64,000 nt of DNA, from NCBI GenBank assembly GCA_977016875.1, contig CDRNST010000051.1:2542001-2606000 (forward strand), written 5' to 3'. This document shows positions 22,601 to 34,407 of this stretch, piece by piece. Source of the stretch: Pavona decussata. Taxonomy: Eukaryota. The notes below the pieces were generated by a model. It was not told the origin of the DNA. It searched no databases and saw only the letters and a list, made by a program, of their open reading frames with translations. The position numbers and the translations under genes were made by a program. Positions within the stretch are counted from its first letter, which is position 1, and the number at the start of each line of letters is the position of its first letter.

Positions 22601-25228
22601 TCCTTTAATAGATTCCTAATTTTGCTGCATGATTCAGAACGCGTCACTTTTGCTCAGTCATTGATCTCAAGGAACATCCCAGCAGACTCTGCCATCACGC
22701 TCCGGAATATCCAATCAGCAAACGTTATTCTAGGAATCTTAGGCCCTAATTCACGTCAGTTGCTTCAAAGTCTGACCCAGACCTCCATGGACGTTAATCA
22801 ATTCCCAGCAAACTCGGCAAAGGTAAATGTTATTCATGCTGGTGTAAGTTATACTGCATAATGCTTAACTGTTTGTGCCCGACTTCAAAACGTATGGAAA
22901 TTACACGTGGTTTGGAGGTTAAAAGATATGGCGTCTTCAAATGTTTCTAATGTTGTTACATTTTGTTGGCTCAATAATTAATGTTAAAGAGTTTAGCACT
23001 CCATATTAGATGATGTTTGGAGAACATTTTTTGTTGTGTGAATGTTTTGTGTTCAATCAAACATTTTGGTCAAAGTTGTCCTGTTATCAGATGACGTGTA
23101 GCCTCGCTTCCAACATTGTTAAACAGGAAATTCCGGTATGAAGGGTGCCTGGCCTGGGCTTTCTCACCTTCAGTTGTCAATCAACATCAAACGTAAACAA
23201 CTGAAAAACAACATGCGTCTTTTTCTACGGCCCCTACAAATAAGCTTGGCTTAGTTTTCGAACAAACCCTGTTAACCGAATTAGAAACCGAGGTCTTATA
23301 TTACTGTGGTATATTATGAAATTTTGAGGCGTATCTTTTCTGAGGACGCTTGAGTAAACAAATTGCTTCGACTGAACGTAACTTTGTATTTCACACCAAC
23401 AAAGGTGTGAAAGGAAGGGAAGGGCTTGCCCTTTTATAGCGGAACTTTTTGTTTAAACAACAAATGTTGGATGTGTTGTACCACAATGTTAGAACATTTT
23501 GCTGGGGTTTACGTTTCTCATGAGTTAAGGCCAATTGTTTATAAGGTTAGCTCTTATAAGCTGGCTAATCAGCGATAGTAAAATCAGTATTTAATTTGTT
23601 TGCCATAGAATAGACAGTTGACGAGTAAACCTGTTTTTAAACTTTATCTACAGCAAATCGACTTGGGCTATGCTTCGGGTGTGAGGGCATTCAGAACCAG
23701 TTGCTTTGGCGACCATGAAAACGACTGGAAACTTTTAGTCCCCTCTGAGGTGAGGTGTAGGCCCTAAATTTGATTGAGAAATGTGTTTGATTTTGTTTGT
23801 TTGGTTGTTTGTTTTGGATAGATGCTATCTCCAATTTACACCCTCGTGGGTATTTTAACACGAAAAGTAATAACTCACAACTTTTTCCAAAAAGCAAAAC
23901 CCCCGGAATATGAAAGGCGGCCGTCACTTATATGGCCTATGTGTGGACACTTACAAAAAGATGAATCACTTATCATTAACCCCTGAACCCCTAATATCAA
24001 AGAACAAATTCTCCTATCTTGTCCCCATACTTTTCTTATGAAAGTACTGGGGAGAAGTTATTGAAATATCAAGAAAATTCACCTTGGGTGATCCTACCTT
24101 TTATTCTCCTAACCTCAGGGGTTGAATAAGTATTGATATTACAAGGAGAAATTTGATGCTGATCACTGTTAGAGCTTAAAGGGTTAATGCCCTCTTTTTA
24201 TTTTTGCAGTTTGCAGTTTGTTTGTACCGTGATCTAATGGAGGCCGGGAGAGATCTCAGTGTTAGGAACGTAGGTCGATCAGCAGTTGATTGTTTACGTA
24301 TAGAGAGAGTGATTCCTCAGATGGGGAGTGAGCTGACATCCTTTGTCACCCCGAAGGAGGCGGGCTTAATGGACTGGGTACAACTACATAAGGTATGGTT
24401 CAAACATTGGTACTCTAATTAATAGATAGAGTGCAAACTCTGTATCTATCACAGTTGATAGATTAATTTTGCTTCGATAAAGCCTATTTTCTCGTGGCTA
24501 TCAAGAATAGCCACTTTAAAAGGCCATTAATTTGTCCATTCATCACTTTTTTCCTTTCGCACCATTAGACAGAGGTAGAGGAGTAGGGAGGTAGTTGTAC
24601 ACTTAACTACTAGTCTACTACCGGAGTGTTACCACACGAAGAAGCGTCGTTTGCAGTGTGGTTTCCCACTTGAATACAAAATGTAGGAAGAACGCATGAA
24701 GGAGTAACGCCTGTTAGATGTGACTAGAAAATGCGCACAAATGCTCTAATGTACGTGATCAAGATAGGGCAAGATAGGAGCACCTGATTGTTGTCTTCAG
24801 TACTGAAAGGTAACAGAGTTCTTGCTGTTAAGCTTTTTACTCGTTTCCTTGCACAGTTTTTGTTCGTTTGGCACACTGATTTCCACGACGTTTATGCTTA
24901 GCTCAAAGATAGTTCCTTTTCTCTTTCTTAGACTTGCGATTTTATCGGGAAACAAGCTTGCCTTGATGCGCAAGACCAACATGAAAAGAAACGCCTTGCC
25001 TGCATCACCCTTCAAGAACACGACGACGACAACTTCCCGTGGGGAGGGGAGCCGATTCTTAGAAATGGTTCGTTAGTAGGATCGACGACAAGTGCTTGTT
25101 ACAGCTTCAAGGCAGGCCGGCCAGTCTGCCTGGGATACTTACAGGGGGAGACCAAGGACTCTGTTGATCAAGATGGAAGACATGAGATTGAAATTGCTGG
25201 TAGCTTGTTTCCTGTTTCGTTGTCTTAG
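10723..25228 (+). CDS. PDPR: Pyruvate dehydrogenase phosphatase regulatory subunit-like mitochondrial flavoprotein (DMGDH/SARDH/PDPR family), 17 exons, ~854 aa
   Basis: Phase-consistent GT-AG exons: 10723-10769, 12740-12946, 13527-13660, 14756-14837, 15437-15521, 16748-16829, 17417-17538, 17950-17970, 18783-19029, 19331-19455, 19981-20329, 21084-21208, 21457-21608, 22612-22822, 23654-23749, 24210-24392, 24932-25228 (2565 nt). Motifs: [16 protein letters not shown] (FAD binding), [53 protein letters not shown] (PDPR-like GCV_T C-terminus). Exon 1 is the least certain. Confidence 0.85.
13898..13960. repeat. (TAA)n microsatellite
   Basis: Direct reading, in PDPR intron 3. Confidence 0.95.
19528..19625. 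repeat. (CAT)n microsatellite
   Basis: Direct reading, in PDPR intron 10. Confidence 0.95.
20485..20600 (-). mobile_element. Degenerate tRNA-derived SINE
   Basis: Minus strand shows an A-box-like cagTGGTTAGAGC and a B-box-like GGTTCAACTGCC. It does not form an intact cloverleaf. Confidence 0.5.
22138..22430. mobile_element. Truncated non-autonomous DNA transposon (GTAATATATCAAACACG end)
   Basis: Terminal motif agtaatatatcaaacacg with an internal inverted counterpart gagtgtttgatata (~22274-22287). Source of the spurious ORFs 22100-22361. Confidence 0.5.
23980..24183. mobile_element. TTAA-flanked (piggyBac-type) MITE
   Basis: TTAA|CCC...GGG|TTAA ends. Near-identical second copy at 33922-34118 and degenerate relatives at ~11335-11443, 26080-26241, 34957-35290 and 42210-42400. 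Confidence 0.8.
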
Positions 25229-27372
25229 GATTAACAATAAGCCTAAAACCAAACGTTCCCTCCGCGTAAATGCATTGAGTGGCAAGGCGTCACTTCATTT
25301 GTCTGGGTTTGTGTAATATTTTTGTGCTCCCACGACCTAAGTTAACTTGCACAACAATACATTCACTTTAACGTATCTTTTTACAAAGAACATGTATTTT
25401 CCAGTTTGTGATGTTTTTATACTATCGACCTGATGCGACAAAACCACAATTACAACACGAGATCAAGGCGTTTATAAGGGCACATTCTGCCTGAGTTTAA
25501 CTACTGGGTTATTGTATAGACAAGCCCTGGATGACCCAAAAAGTTAAATTGCTAACCAAGGAAAGAGATATTTTCGTCAAAATATGCAGTTATTCGACTA
25601 TCTACTGTGTTAATTTGACAAACGTACACTTGATAAACCAGTGTGACATGAACTGATATCCTTGCAGCAGCAAACCAATCGGAGCACGCTATTGCTCACA
25701 GCATGATTTAAGCTGACCCACGATCTATATTTTTCCTTTGTTCTAGGGAATTAGGGAACTTGTCACAACAAGGTTGTTCGGAGGACCCACCTTGGATGGT
25801 GTAGGGGGGTTACCGAAGATACACCTATCTCATGAACATTATCGACAAAATTTTAGGTTTGAATCTCATTGTCAGTTTTTACTGCAGGATAGAGGGGTGG
25901 CTATGCAATAAAGACACCATCTTTTGAGTTTGAGGAATTGGGCTGGATCCTGTTCGAGTATAGTAGTTGTGACCACTTCACTTATTACTTTTGTTTCATA
26001 GGAAAAGTAAAGTGTTTATATCCAGGGACTGCCCATTAGCTATTGAATGTTCTGTGTATTTGTAGACGTGTGCTAACCGACCCTTTAAGCTCCAATAGTG
26101 ACCAATTCCTCCTTGCATTTCGCTGCTTTGTCAAACATATAGGTTATGAGAATAAAGGGACTGATCACTGAAGGCTACATGTAAATGCTTTGATATTCTA
26201 ACAAATTCTCTTAACTTATAGCATAAAAATATATCGAGAACGGTGAAGAGAATATCCCTGTCGATATTAGGGCTTGAAGGGTCGATAGTAGTAGCACCTT
26301 GTAAGGTAGTCTCCTTCGCAGCCGTAATTGGGGTCACGCAAGGCTTCTCCCCTAGTGAGGAGCGTTGCGTGACGACTCTAATAACGCCTGCGCAGGACTC
26401 TACTCATAAAGGAGATTTGAAAAAATATACTTTAACCAAAAAATTATTATGACTGCAGCAACAGCTGGAACATTTATCAAGACGCTAATGATCCTCAAGA
26501 GAGGCTGGTATAAATGCGTGAAAATTTAGGTAGAAAGGTTTTTAAATTTCGGGAATTCTTAGTTTTTTGGGGGTTGGGTTTTTACTTATTTATAGCCTTT
26601 TGAAACAATTTATGTCAATTATTCTCACAACATGCCAGTGAATAAATGGTTACTGTAAATCTTTGTAGTCGTGCTTTTTAACTGAGAAAGTAACACAGAA
26701 AAAATGAGAAATAAAGTTGATTCTCCTCTTGTTATTCCTTTGTGACAATTCACTTCCGTAGGGACTAGCTTGAAATTAAAGTTAAACACATTCTGAAGGG
26801 GGGGGGGGGGGGTGGGGGTAGATTTAAGTGGCATATTAGCCGCTGACAATACCCTTCTGATGAGAGCGAAAGCTTTAGAGCGTGTTTAATTTTAATTTCT
26901 AGTATCTGTAGAAGTGAATTTTCACAAACGAAAAGAAAATAATAACTGTAGAATTTCTAAGGTTTGGATGGTTTTGGCAAGGACCCGTCGATTAATTTCA
27001 GGAAAAACCGGGCTAGCGTTATCGTTTTTATCAACCACAAGTAATAATTATTACTGATGCAACATTTATGTATAAGTACAGATGAAATTTTCAGGGAATA
27101 AGAAATATATATTTTCGTATATGTTTCGAAACTCTGTTGTAAGAGAATCTTCTGGATGGGAACATAAGCGCGCGTGTTCTTAAGAGGCAAGTTTTGAGAG
27201 TAAATAGCTCAGCTTACGCGTTTGTTTTATGCTTTACGTTGTCCAAGATTGCGGACTGGCAATCGACAGCTCGTTAATTCTTTTTTAACTTTTAACCAGA
27301 GAACGCTTAAAATCTTGTCTCTCGGGTAGTTTACAGTTGGGCCAGAAAAGTGTCTAATCAATTAGCACACTT

Positions 27373-27511
27373 AATAGACCATTTCCGACTTACTTTGAAC
27401 CTCATTATGAAAGCGAGGCTAAGTGCAAACAAAACTAATTTTCATATGAAAAGTTTTGCACTTAGCCTCGCTTTTATAGTGAGGTTCACAGCAATTTGGA
27501 AATGGCCTATT
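27373..27511. mobile_element. Short palindromic MITE (AATAGACCATTT...AAATGGCCTATT)
   Basis: Terminal inverted repeats plus internal inverted aaagcgaggctaagtgcaaa / tttgcacttagcctcgcttt. Confidence 0.7.
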
Positions 27512-28214
27512 AGAAACCGATTAAAGCTGTCAGCGACGCTGAACCAGCTTCCCAGTCGCGCTCCCAAGTCGTCACCAGCGGAAATCGAATGCGATAAAGC
27601 AAGCTCGGCCCCAAGCCTCCAAGTGAAGCTCGGCTCGCTTCATAACTGCGTCGAGTGAGGCCTGGAGACGAGGATAAGAGCCTGATTGTATAGCCATCTA
27701 AAGAAAACTGCAAATCAGTTCACGAGTGAACACAGTTTTGAGGGTCATCCTGTAACACAGGTTGCGAAATTTAACGATTTTCTCTGCTAAGAGGGTTTAT
27801 ACTCTTTTATTGAGTAAAGCGTTGGTATTGTTACAAATGATTGCTAAACGTGGGGGGGACAGCCTCAACTTTTTCACTCAGAAGTCAACCCAGCAGTCGC
27901 CTGTGTTTGTTTAGTATGCTGTACAAGCTGGTTGTAACTTGAATCAATGGTTGCAATTTTCAAAATGAAAGCTATCGTGCAGTACTTTCCTGTGGTGCAG
28001 TTTATTATGTCGTACAAGGTTGTTCTATCCTTTTCAGTCTAAATGAATTTCTTATCTGTCCTTTCATATGTACACGAATCAGCATTACGTTCGGGTGGCG
28101 CGATTTCACCTTTTCCCAATTGACCGTTCTGAAATTGTGTCCGATGTTATCCTTGTATATTATCTGTAGTATGAGTAGTTCACCTGCATCACGAATTACA
28201 CCACAAAGAAAAGT

Positions 28215-30862
28215 CTAAGGCGTATTGAACAGTTTCTTCTTGAACCACGCCCGTTCCATTTTCTCGTCTCTTTTTTGTTTTGTTTCAAAAAATTTCTCAG
28301 CCGCCTCTTCTCGCAGTCGATTCTCTCGGGCCAAGGCCTCCTCGTCCTTGCTTCGCAGCCACTCCTGGTATTTTTTCAAAGCTGCAGCTTTTCTCTCCTC
28401 GCTGTGCTCGCCGGGTTTTCCCCTGAACGCTTCCCCAGCTCTAAATTCGTGTTTATCCCCAAGCCACTCTCCGTGTGTTTTACCTATTAATTGGCGCCAG
28501 CTTTCCTCTTTCCTCTTCACTGTTGCTTCCTGTTTCGCTTTCTCCGCCAATAGCGTTTGCTTTCTCGCTATTGCTGCTTCTTTGTCGGTCAACCACATCT
28601 GGAATGTCTTCCGACGTCGTGACGTCTGCAGAAAGCGCGCCAATTTTTCGTTTTCATCTTCGGATGACGAATCGTCGTCGTCGTCGGACTGGTCAAACTG
28701 GTTTGTCTGGTTTTTCACGACTGTCTTCCATACGTTCCAAGGCTTGTTTTCGCGCGGTTCGTAGTGAGCCATGAGAAACTCTCTCATCTCACTGCTCATT
28801 TTTCGGGTCCTGAAAATCATTTAATATGTCATTAGTAGCGTTCCACTGTTGTTGTTGTCGTCGTCGCCGACGTCGTCATCATCGTCACCGTCATCATCAT
28901 CATCATCATCATCATCCGAAAGATAATTTGTCACTGTCATTTGTAATTTGAGGGCTCAAGGGAGAACGGCACTTATTTCAGTTTTGCTCTAAGCGTTGAC
29001 GATATATGAACAGTAACAGGGACTGTAGTAGTAAATTATGGGGAAGGTTGGAAACCAATAAGCGAATCTCAAAATACACGGCTATTCTACTTCATCAATC
29101 TCCCCGGTGTCAATCACAAACTCCGGACAGGAAAACCTGTTGGAATCGAGAAGGAATTACTGCGGAAACAGATTCCCAGAATAATAATAATGATGATGAT
29201 GATGATGATGATGATAAGAGATTCACATTCATCGTTCAGTGTTTTCAGGGAGGTCCTCTCTTTGTGAGTTGAAATTTAAAGATACAAATAAAAAATACAA
29301 CGACAAGTGAAAGGGGTGCCCAGTCGTGTGTTGCTTTGTAATGTTCCCTTTTTTTTTTTTAATTTATTTGTTGTTACATACCTGGTGGCTCCATTTTCTC
29401 TTCCGTGATAGGTATTCGCTCTCGTCTTCTGCTGTTCAGGTGAGCTAGGAACACGGAAGACCTTTCTTCTGAAGGCCGGGGAGCCACTCGGTGAACCCGG
29501 CAGGGTCGCTAAGGGAGACCGGGCACGAGGAGCCGATGAGGACCTCGGGCAAGGACATGTCGGGGATCTGGGTCGTAGATTTGGACTTCCGGGCCTCTCC
29601 GTGTTGAGCAGTGAGGGAACAAGTTTTCGGCCCATGCGTGGGGAATTCATCGGCGATGATGGCTGTGTGTTCACTCTGGGAAGTTTTTCCTCCGTTTGCT
29701 TGACTCCTGAAACAATTTTGCCGCTAAGCGGTCGTATTTCTTCCGCACATATAAGCTTGGCTTTAGCAGAAGTAGGCCTGTCATGAATGTTGAGTGACCT
29801 GGTTCCTCTGAGTGGTATATGTAACTTAAGGTCAGGATTTAAATCTCTTTTCAGCTTCCTATGAGATGAAGCGTGCGCCGTGGAAGGTCTCTTTGTCAAA
29901 TCAACTTTAGTTTCTCTTGTTTGCCCGATCTCTTCTCCCATCATTTCATCCATCCTTGCTTTGTTTTTGTCGTCGTGAACAACTGAACTTTCTTTCGATC
30001 CATTTTGATAAACTTCATCGTTTTTCTTAAATTTCTCCACTAGGTTGCTCGCACCGTTCCCATCCCCCTGGATCGTGCCATCAGCAGAGGAATTGTCTGG
30101 CTCCTTAACGTCATTCTCCGAAGATTTTCCGACGTTAGTGTCGTCTTCCGAAGATCCCCGAGCTTCCAATTCGACGTACTTGTCGAAAAGTTCCATCAGA
30201 CGGGGATGGTTGCTGGTTTTTGCCATTTCCATTGGTGTGACACCCTGGTGATCAGCTCGCGACAAAAGAGAAGAACCGTCGTTCATGAATAACGCCGCAG
30301 CGCATGAGAAATTCTCGCCGGTCACAGCGGCGTGCAAAAGCGTGCGGCCGCTGCATTGCACGGTTTGTTCGACGTCGATTTTGAAATCGCTGTTAAGCAA
30401 GCTCTGCAATAACTGGCCATCGCCTTTTTGCGCCGCTATGAAAGCGGCGACAAACGCTCTCTGTTCGCTGGAGATCTGGTTCATTTTAATCTCGATCCGC
30501 TTCAATATCTGGCGGTTGTCCCTCTTCATGCACCTGTCCACAAACCGCTGCCACCACGGCGGAATACTCAGTTCTAGAGTCATAGATGCAAGGTCTAGCC
30601 GGGTGTCTATGTCCGCCATCTTTGTCTCATCCTTGAGTTCAACAGCACTGTTGTCGCCTTGGTTGTGCACAAGTGTAAACAAATCCGATGGTACCCCACT
30701 CTTCAACTCCACAATCATCTTTAAATCACGCACACTCCACGAACGTTTTGCTTGAAAACTTGCGGTTTCCCCAGTTGGCAACTGAACATGTACTTCCAAG
30801 CCATCAGACTCCTGTAGTTGTCTTGGCGACTGGCTCTGACCGTCTCCTTCGTGCCCTTCCAT
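28215..30862 (-). CDS. Ubiquitin-like + ankyrin-repeat protein (ANKRD60/ANKUB1-like) with C-terminal W-rich coiled coil, paralog 1 (~691 aa, 2 coding exons)
   Basis: Exons 30862-29382 and 28809-28215 joined by a phase-2 GT-AG intron (ag|gtatgt ... ttttcag|g). Ubl: VHVQLPTGET...SVRDLKMIVELKSGVPSDL. Ankyrin: QRAFVAAFIAA, GRTLLHAAV, GVTPMEMA. Confidence 0.8.
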
Positions 30863-33800
30863 GTCTTTATATTCCCTTGCCTTTCCTGTCTTCAAGATTC
30901 TATACTCGCTGGCGGTGAGAAGTGACGTGAACCGTGGTTCTGAAGACTAATGTCCGGCCTTAATCGTACGCTTTGTTTTTTGGGTTGGTTTATAACTTCA
31001 CTCTTTTGACGCCTGAAAATACAGTAACATCAGTTTTTAATTATGCCTCCACGGACACCATGACAATGCACTGGAAAGAATAAAATATATTGCCCTCATC
31101 CAAAATGAAATGGCGTTCCTCGGTTAGCAGTTTTCTAATAGCAAGGCTGCTTTTGAAATAATGCGTAGCACGAACGAAGAGAACTGCACTGATAGATGAT
31201 GTATAACGCCTGTAATCAAAAGCGTACTTGATACGCACGGCACTGTACACAACCAAACACCGAACAAACAATAAATACACAAAGTAATAAACCTTAAAGC
31301 TTTATGTGCTTCAAGTATTCATCTTAATGCGGCTTTTGTCTATTTGCTCCTTTTGCGGTATTGTGAGTTGTTTCTTTGAAGTGATTAATGGAGTCGTCAA
31401 TTACAAAACGGACATTTGAAGAGCGTGTCTGCTTAAGGCTATTGTGATGCAAAACGCTCAACAAACTATCAGCATTCGAATGAAATAAACTTCAATTTTT
31501 TGTTTACCGCTTTTAAGTTTCAACTCTTTATCAACTAATCTCTAATTATAAGAAACCACTCGGTAAAGAGAGGTTCAATATTTCAAGGGCTTGCCATTGG
31601 TACTCGTTTCATGCATTTGTTTACAGAAACTACTCAATGAACCACGCACGAGTTGTGCTATGTTTGTCAGAGGTCAAAGAAACGAAATAAAGGTGTATCA
31701 TTAAAAATTGAATCATTGCATAATGCTATTCCAAGTGTTTTGATTGGCTTGGCGGCCATAGAGTATCAGCCATTATACCATGACCGAGAAACAGCGGCAA
31801 TTAAATCCGGCGTCTTGTGGTCGTTCTTGCATCATGAAATCAGCAAGATCTAACACTATTTCAGAAGCGAGAAAGGAATCCAAACTTACTTCTCCAATAA
31901 ATCCAATTGTAGGATCCCGAACGCTGAATGTACACACAGACAACACTATTTCAACAGCTCCAAAGACGGCTAGCTCTGAAACGAAAATCCGAACCTTCGA
32001 TTTCGATTGATGTGATGGGCCATGGGATGTGATGTGATGACGACGTAGGGAACCTTATTCCGGCGCTCAAGTTCCAAATTGACAGCTGTCACGGAACAAC
32101 CCACAAACCGGCGTAACATTTGACAGACATGGATTGCCAAACACGCGCGTTTCCCGCGTTCCTGTCCGCGCGCGAAGGAAAAACCACGCACAGGGCACAG
32201 AGGGCTCAAGATTGATTGTAATTCACTGGGCCGGAAATTGCAGTGCAAATCGAGTTTGTTAAATCAACAAACTCGTTTTGCGCTGGAATTTCCGTAATTA
32301 CGCTCCTATTTGTTTTCTCTGCGCCCTTTGAACCACGTAGACGAAACCTCTTTACCCGATGGTATCCAAGGGTCACAAATGATTTTGACGGGTGTCACGA
32401 AAGCCAAAACGGATATTTTGTATATCGGCGCTATTGAGCACTCCTGATATTTTTTGGTTGTTTTTAATAAAACAAATTTTCCAGACGTGGTTCGTGGAAC
32501 GGTGCTTTGGGCCTACGATGCAATAATTTCAACTTATTTTGTCGGTACCCTTACGATTACATCGGGCGGAGGACGGTGGCTTTCACACTTGGGGCCCGTT
32601 TACACGAGTGCACGGAGATTAAATTCCCGTGAAAGAGGTTTAAAGGATAGTGCTATTATAAAATACGGTCTGATAAAGAGGAGAATAACACATGCAGTTT
32701 GAAAAGGGTGAGTGTTGATTTGAAACTCATCCCGGGGCGAGATCACTCGTCTCACTCATCGGCTCCTGCTCGTGTAAACAGCCTTGCGTCGCAGGCGTAC
32801 TCTGGGAGGGGGAGGGGGAGCGAGAAAAAGTGACAGAAAAAAGGGTTTTTTCTCCATTTTTCTCGCTCCCCCTTCGTGACCCCTCCCCCTCCCCGATTAC
32901 GCCTTATCAATGGTGGTTACACCTGCCTTACAGCCCAAGCACGGCGACCGAGCACTGGTATGAAATGGCGTAATGGACAACCGATGATGTAGTTACTGGG
33001 CCTAGTATCTATTGTAGTGTACCAGAAAATTTTGGTGAAGGTGTTTTGTTTGTCAGATTACATTTTTTGCGTATTGGTGCTTTTTTTCAGCTTGAGTTTA
33101 CACTGCCTTACTGAGACGATCTGTGGCAACCAGGAAATTTTTTCGGGAGTTTGGGGTAGCGTTGTTTTCTAACTGAGTGATTGGGTTATGTGCTCTAACT
33201 TAGGCGCCTAATTCCTAGACAATCTGCTGCGACTAATAGTGCGGGGTTCATTTCTTGTCTGATTAGATCCTTAAGTTAAAGTATTTCTCGATTATTGCTG
33301 TTTTTGAATTTTTTGTTTCGTTTGTTGGTGTTTTAATCTGAAAAAAATATTGTCACTAACAGGATACAAGGTTTACTCATCAAAACCATGAAATATTTCA
33401 TTCAGATAGCGTATATTTAATGGAGGATTGTTCACGAGAAATACATATATTATCTCTTTGACATATATTTTTGTGGTCATAAACTATGAATCAGCTAAAA
33501 ATTCTTGAAAATATTTTCATTTTAATATGTAATCAAAAGCAATCAACCCATGAAGATAGCCCAACGGCACCCAAAGAATCACTGGCCGAGTCGTTTTGGT
33601 GGATTGAATACTAGTATGCCTCCAAAGCTCAGATAAAATTCGTGCGATAGAAAACTAGAGTTTTCTTTGATGAAATGTTGCTTCCAAAAACATAGCAAAA
33701 AAACACACCAGTTGATGTCAAATGGAAAAAATGCCATTGTCGGTACGAAAAAGTGTCATAAGTATGTGACGATAAAATCCTATTGGCTTTTTGTCCAAGG

Positions 33801-33921
33801 CCGTAACGGGATTAAAAAAAAAGGTAAAACGAGAGCAGTTCAATTGAAGACTTCTAGGTCTTTCGCTGACTTTTTCTCATTGGGTTCTTCTGGAAGCTCT
33901 TTAGATTATTTTAAAAGTTAA

Positions 33922-34118
33922 CCCTTTAACCCCTAATATCAAAGAACAAATTCTCCTGTCTTGTCCCCATACTTTTCTTATAAAAAGTACTGGGGAGAAG
34001 TTATTAAAATAACACGAAAATTCACCTTGGGTGTTCATATCCTTAATTCTCATGACCTCAGAGGTTGAATAAGCATTGATATTACTACAAGGAGAAATTT
34101 GATGCTGATCACTTTTAG
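33922..34118. mobile_element. TTAA-type MITE, second copy (right end truncated)
   Basis: High identity to 23980-24183. Confidence 0.75.
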
Positions 34119-34407
34119 CGGAGCACATTCAAATCAGTCCAGTCTTCGAATGAAACTTGTTTTGTCATGCACCTCAGCAATACGTTTGAGAGGAAATAAA
34201 TTAAGAGCGAAAAACAGGGACGAAACATCTCTATATCACTGAATCACTTCCTTCTCTCTCTCTCTCTCTGGCCTTCCCACAGCTGTCCCACTAGCGAGGA
34301 GAGTAGTGCCAGACTAAACTGTTGGATCCACTCCGCTTTGTTGTGATTTGATCACATATCTACCAACCCACTTGTTACTGGATTGCCTGTAACTTAATTA
34401 TCATAAG

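Noticed and set aside
10723-25228. Calling the flavoprotein SARDH or DMGDH
   Set aside because: Despite the TWH motif, segments such as [23 protein letters not shown] and [17 protein letters not shown] are closer to PDPR as recalled. A phylogeny is needed to be certain.
28225-28774. Plus-strand ORFs of 99-179 aa (also 34420-34719, 43944-44350, 30285-30755, 37592-38011)
   Set aside because: These are antisense shadows of the real minus-strand exons; the F/S/L-rich composition mirrors E/K/R-rich codons.
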